A DNA stretch of 64,000 bases, from the NCBI RefSeq assembly GCF_009914755.1, contig NC_060928.1; one strand, written 5' to 3'. Shown here piece after piece: positions 59,784 to 64,000 of the stretch. Source of the stretch: the human T2T-CHM13v2.0 reference genome, Homo sapiens. Position 1 is the first letter of the stretch. The number at the start of each line of letters is the position of its first letter. Both the position numbers and the translations under genes were made by a program. Under the pieces are notes generated by a model. That model saw nothing but the letters and a program-made list of their open reading frames with translations, did no database searches and was not told the origin of the DNA.

Positions 59784-61253
59784 TATATAGGTTTACTGAA
59801 TGAAAAATAAAAGACCACCAGTGATTTTACCACCTAAAGATAACCACATCTGGTACATCTCTTGATACTAAGCAAAATTGGGATACTATTATAATTATAT
59901 TTCTGTGTATACTTTTTTCCCCATCTAAAATTATCATTTGTATGTTTTCATATTCTTAAAATATGATTAAAATATCTTCATGATAGCTTCATTGGATAAA
60001 TATACCATGATTTATTTAATGTGACATTTCTGGAGGTGGCGTAGAGCTGCTTTGTTTTTAGGTGAAAAATTGAGGGGAGATAAATTATCAGTAAGTTGGA
60101 TAATTAATGTTAGAACTTTAATAACTGAGACTTCCAGCTATTCATTTTGGCCATACTTTTTTTCATTATTTATTCCTATTTTCTGAGTCCTTTTAAAAAT
60201 GTCCAGAGCACTTTATTCTTACCTTTGATAAGTTGATCATGTAAAATATTCCTTTTAGCATCTTTAAAGGCAAATCATTTCTATAGTGGAAGATGTTAGT
60301 CCATTTTTCCTTTCCCCTTACCATTAAAATGCCACGATTTCTCAAAATAAATACTTTAAGAAATAGCTTATCAGCATAAGCCCTACAAAAAACACTGCAC
60401 TTAAATGTAGGAAGTGTTAATGGAAAGAGGGATTGTATGTTTAAAAGATTGCTTTAGTCAGCAAGGATCTGAGAAGTATAAATTAAATATACAACATTAT
60501 GTTGGCTGTCTTTCCCAAATTTATTTACACATCCTTGGGGAGCTTATCAAAAATCCAGATTTTGAGGTGCCACTTTGCTTGTTTTATTTCAGTAGGTTTG
60601 GGGTGCTTCTTATGGTGCCTGTCCCTTAACCTGTTCACACAAAGAAGCATTTTGCAAACATTGCTTTATTTTTCAAGAATAAACCCTGGTCTTAAAGTTA
60701 CAAGGCTCACATGATAAAGTTACTTACATATCTTGCTGCCTATTGCTTGCAGTCTGTTGACACATGCCTGACAGTTTCTTACTTTGCAACCTGGTGATGA
60801 CAGGCCCTTGTACAGTGAATGTCTGACCTGCTGCCATGTTAATTTCTTAAGGCCAGTGTCTGTGATTAATGATTACATTGCCTTAATTGAATACTTCAAC
60901 TTTGGTTGGGTGACAAAGATAATACTTGTTAAATGATCTTTATGAAGTACTTTTTTCTTGTGTGGAGTGTTTGTATTAATTACTTTTTATTAAGAAATTT
61001 TTGGTAATGATCCAGTTGTTTTTTCTTAAGATTTGAATATGCACATTTTTAAAACTGTATGTATGTGTATACTCACACAGGCGTATGTATACACATATCA
61101 CACATGTAGAACTATTACTCTCCCCCCAAAAATACATATATGTGAATTAAACTACCTTTTACTTTGTTTCTTAGATTAAATGAAATTAATTTACTAAGAT
61201 TAATCTTACATAATATTTATGCATCTGTTTAATTAACTGTGCTCTAATTTTAG

Positions 61254-61410
61254 GTCCTTTCTGAAAGATCTGCTACTGAAGTAGACAACAATTTTAGCAA
61301 ACCACCTCCGTTTTTCCCTCCAGGAGCTCCTCCCACTCACCTTCCACCTCCTCCATTTCTTCCACCTCCTCCGACTGTCAGCACTGCTCCACCTCTGATT
61401 CCACCACCGG
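61254..61410 (+). CDS. FIP1L1: FIP1L1 exon 13 ([27 protein letters not shown]...PLIPPP), proline-rich; gene continues past window
   Basis: TTTTAG| acceptor, |GTAAAT donor, 157 nt; cumulative CDS 1174 nt. Confidence 0.97.
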
Positions 61411-62879
61411 GTAAATAGTAAATAAGACATTTGACTTTGAAAGAAAAATAGCTTGCGAGTGTTTTTTAAAATTTTTGACAATTAAAATAATATCTTGATC
61501 ACATTTCATTAAAAGTAATAGATATAATATCTTCAACAGATTCACACTGAAACAGATATATATATGTTTATTGCTATTTCAATATAGGAAAGAGACAATG
61601 TTCTAAAATTAAGAAGAATATACAGATACCAATCTTGTGATTCAAAAATATGATAATGATCCCCACACTTAAGTTGCTAATAGAATATGTATAAATCCAT
61701 ACTCAGTTACAAACTTTACCAGTGTTAATTTGTTTTGAAAAAAACATTAAAAGATACTTTCAGGATGGGAGTAGATCAAAAAATTATATCTTGCGAAGAG
61801 ATTGATTAATATTTCAGTCTGGTCTTCTTCTGTATACCGGTTTCCTTTTAGGAGACTGCTACTGGGTGCCTGGTATTTATTTCTTTTAAACAAAAGTAAA
61901 TGTTGATCATATTTTTAGCTACTTTTGATTACAATTAAAAACCAGGTTAGTGGTGATAGAGAAGAAACTCACAAATAATTCCCAAATTTTATTTTTATTT
62001 GAATTTTTCATCGGGTTGCCTTTCTTACTTTGTTTTTAACCTTTATCTGCCTTAACCAAGTTTTTATGAAACTAGCAAGATTGATTGAGATAATAATTAC
62101 TTCTTCCCAGGGAGAAAGCTAGTAGTAAATGATGAAAAAATAGCTGCTTGTCCTCATCAGGGCAACATGAAAGACGTATGTTAGGCTTTACTTCCTATTA
62201 ATCAAATCAGTTTATACTAGAGAGCCATGTACTCTCACTCACTTTTATTTGCAAGAGAGCTGTCTTTGTTTTAAGGTGCCAGTTGTGATCCGAGTACAGA
62301 ACCAAATCCAGGGTCTGAATAGTCCTTCCCTAACATATTCATCCTTGGCCTCTAAATGTCAGCCACTGCTTCTGTCTTTCATCTTCAGTGCCTTTGATTT
62401 CCTTCCACTGTCACCTCTACTCTCAAAAAGTATGAGAAAAATATGAAAAAATGACTTGTGGCTTTAGAGGGTCTGTTGTCTCAACAATAGTGGAAGGAAG
62501 AGGTTGGAATATAGGTTAGAGGTCCTTATTCCAGACAACATTAGTATTTCTAATTTCAGTGAATTTCTAGTTCCAACAAATAGATTGAGCAGAAACGACT
62601 CATTAGTTGGGATTGACTTGTGGTTCTTGTGTCTTTAATATGCTGAGTATTAACCAAATGAAAGAGGACTTAGGTGATTCAAAATGAGGACTTCTGTGAT
62701 TTCTATGTGAATCCTTTGTCCTCTGAAAAAGAATTAGATAAATAAAAGGTAGAAATAATTAATGTTTCAACATATTTGATTAATGATACTAAAAAAATTA
62801 TTAATGTTTGTGGTACTCTGTTGGATTCCTTTGTAATATTACTTAAACTTTACTAGGTAGTGATTTGAAATAATTTTCT

Positions 62880-63350
62880 TTTTTTAATTCTTAAAACTTT
62901 TTAAAAATTTTATTTTTGACAGTAATACTTGTATATGTTTATGGGGTACAATGTGATGTTTTGATTATGTCTACATTGTAGTAAATCAAGTTAATATATT
63001 CATCACCTCACATACTTAACATTTTTTTGTGGAGAGAACATTCTGAAATCTCCTAGCAGTTTTGAAATATACGGTTATTAATTATAGTCACCATGCTGTA
63101 CAGTAGAGCTCCAAAACTTGTTTTTCTCATTTTACTGAAACTTTTGTATCCTTTGAAAATCATCTCCCCTACCTCACCCGTGGCCCCCAGCCTCTGGTAA
63201 CCACCATTTTACTCTCTGCTTCTATGAGTTGGATCATATAAGCGAGATTGTGCAGTAATTGTCTTTCTGTGCCTGGCTTATTTCACTTAGCACAGTGTCC
63301 TCCAGGTTCATGCATGTTGTCACAAATGACAGAATGAAAGGATTTCCTTA
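62880..63350 (-). mobile_element. L1MA-type 3' end fragment
   Basis: TTTATGGGGTACAATGTGATGTTTTGAT...CCTCTGGTAACCACCATT...CTGGCTTATTTCACTTAGCA. Confidence 0.75.
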
Positions 63351-63519
63351 TTTACAAATATAGTATATCCCCAGATGGCTAACATTTTGTATGTTCAGTA
63401 CTAATTATTAAAGTAAGTAGGACAGAGTTGGTATGAATTAATGACAACAAATACTTAGCTGGTATAAGAATATTCGAAACTCCGTAGAATATTGCTACAG
63501 AGGTAATTGCTACACATAG

Positions 63520-63863
<344 letters not shown>

Positions 63864-64000
63864 ATTTCTTTTTCATGTAACCTTTGTTCATAAGTATAAC
63901 AAATCTTTGAAGAGTGTTTAGGTTATTAATGACATTATACTATAGAGTGCAGCTAATTATTTTTCTGTTGCTTAATCTATTTTTCTACTTAATTCTCAGC

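Overview
Primate (most likely human) genomic DNA, AT-rich and repeat-dense. It contains the CpG-island promoter and the first 13 coding exons of FIP1L1 (Fip1, CPSF subunit of the mRNA 3'-end processing machinery; human 4q12) on the + strand. I assembled 1174 nt of CDS (11081..61410) with canonical GT-AG junctions and continuous frame; the gene continues beyond the window. Most ORFs in the six-frame track are Alu/L1 artefacts. The most striking structure is in intron 10: a MER44-like Tigger MITE is interrupted by a near full-length Hsmar1 mariner, itself split at its catalytic CDEKW motif by a full-length antisense L1PA3-like LINE-1. That L1's antisense promoter and ORF0 point toward exon 11, and one ORF0 splice donor is in frame with exons 11 and 12. 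Other hypotheses are intronic poly(A) signals (possible autoregulation), a poison-exon candidate and inverted Alu pairs. No prokaryotic system, CRISPR array, rRNA or tRNA was seen. Repeat subfamily calls are by eye and need RepeatMasker/Dfam confirmation.
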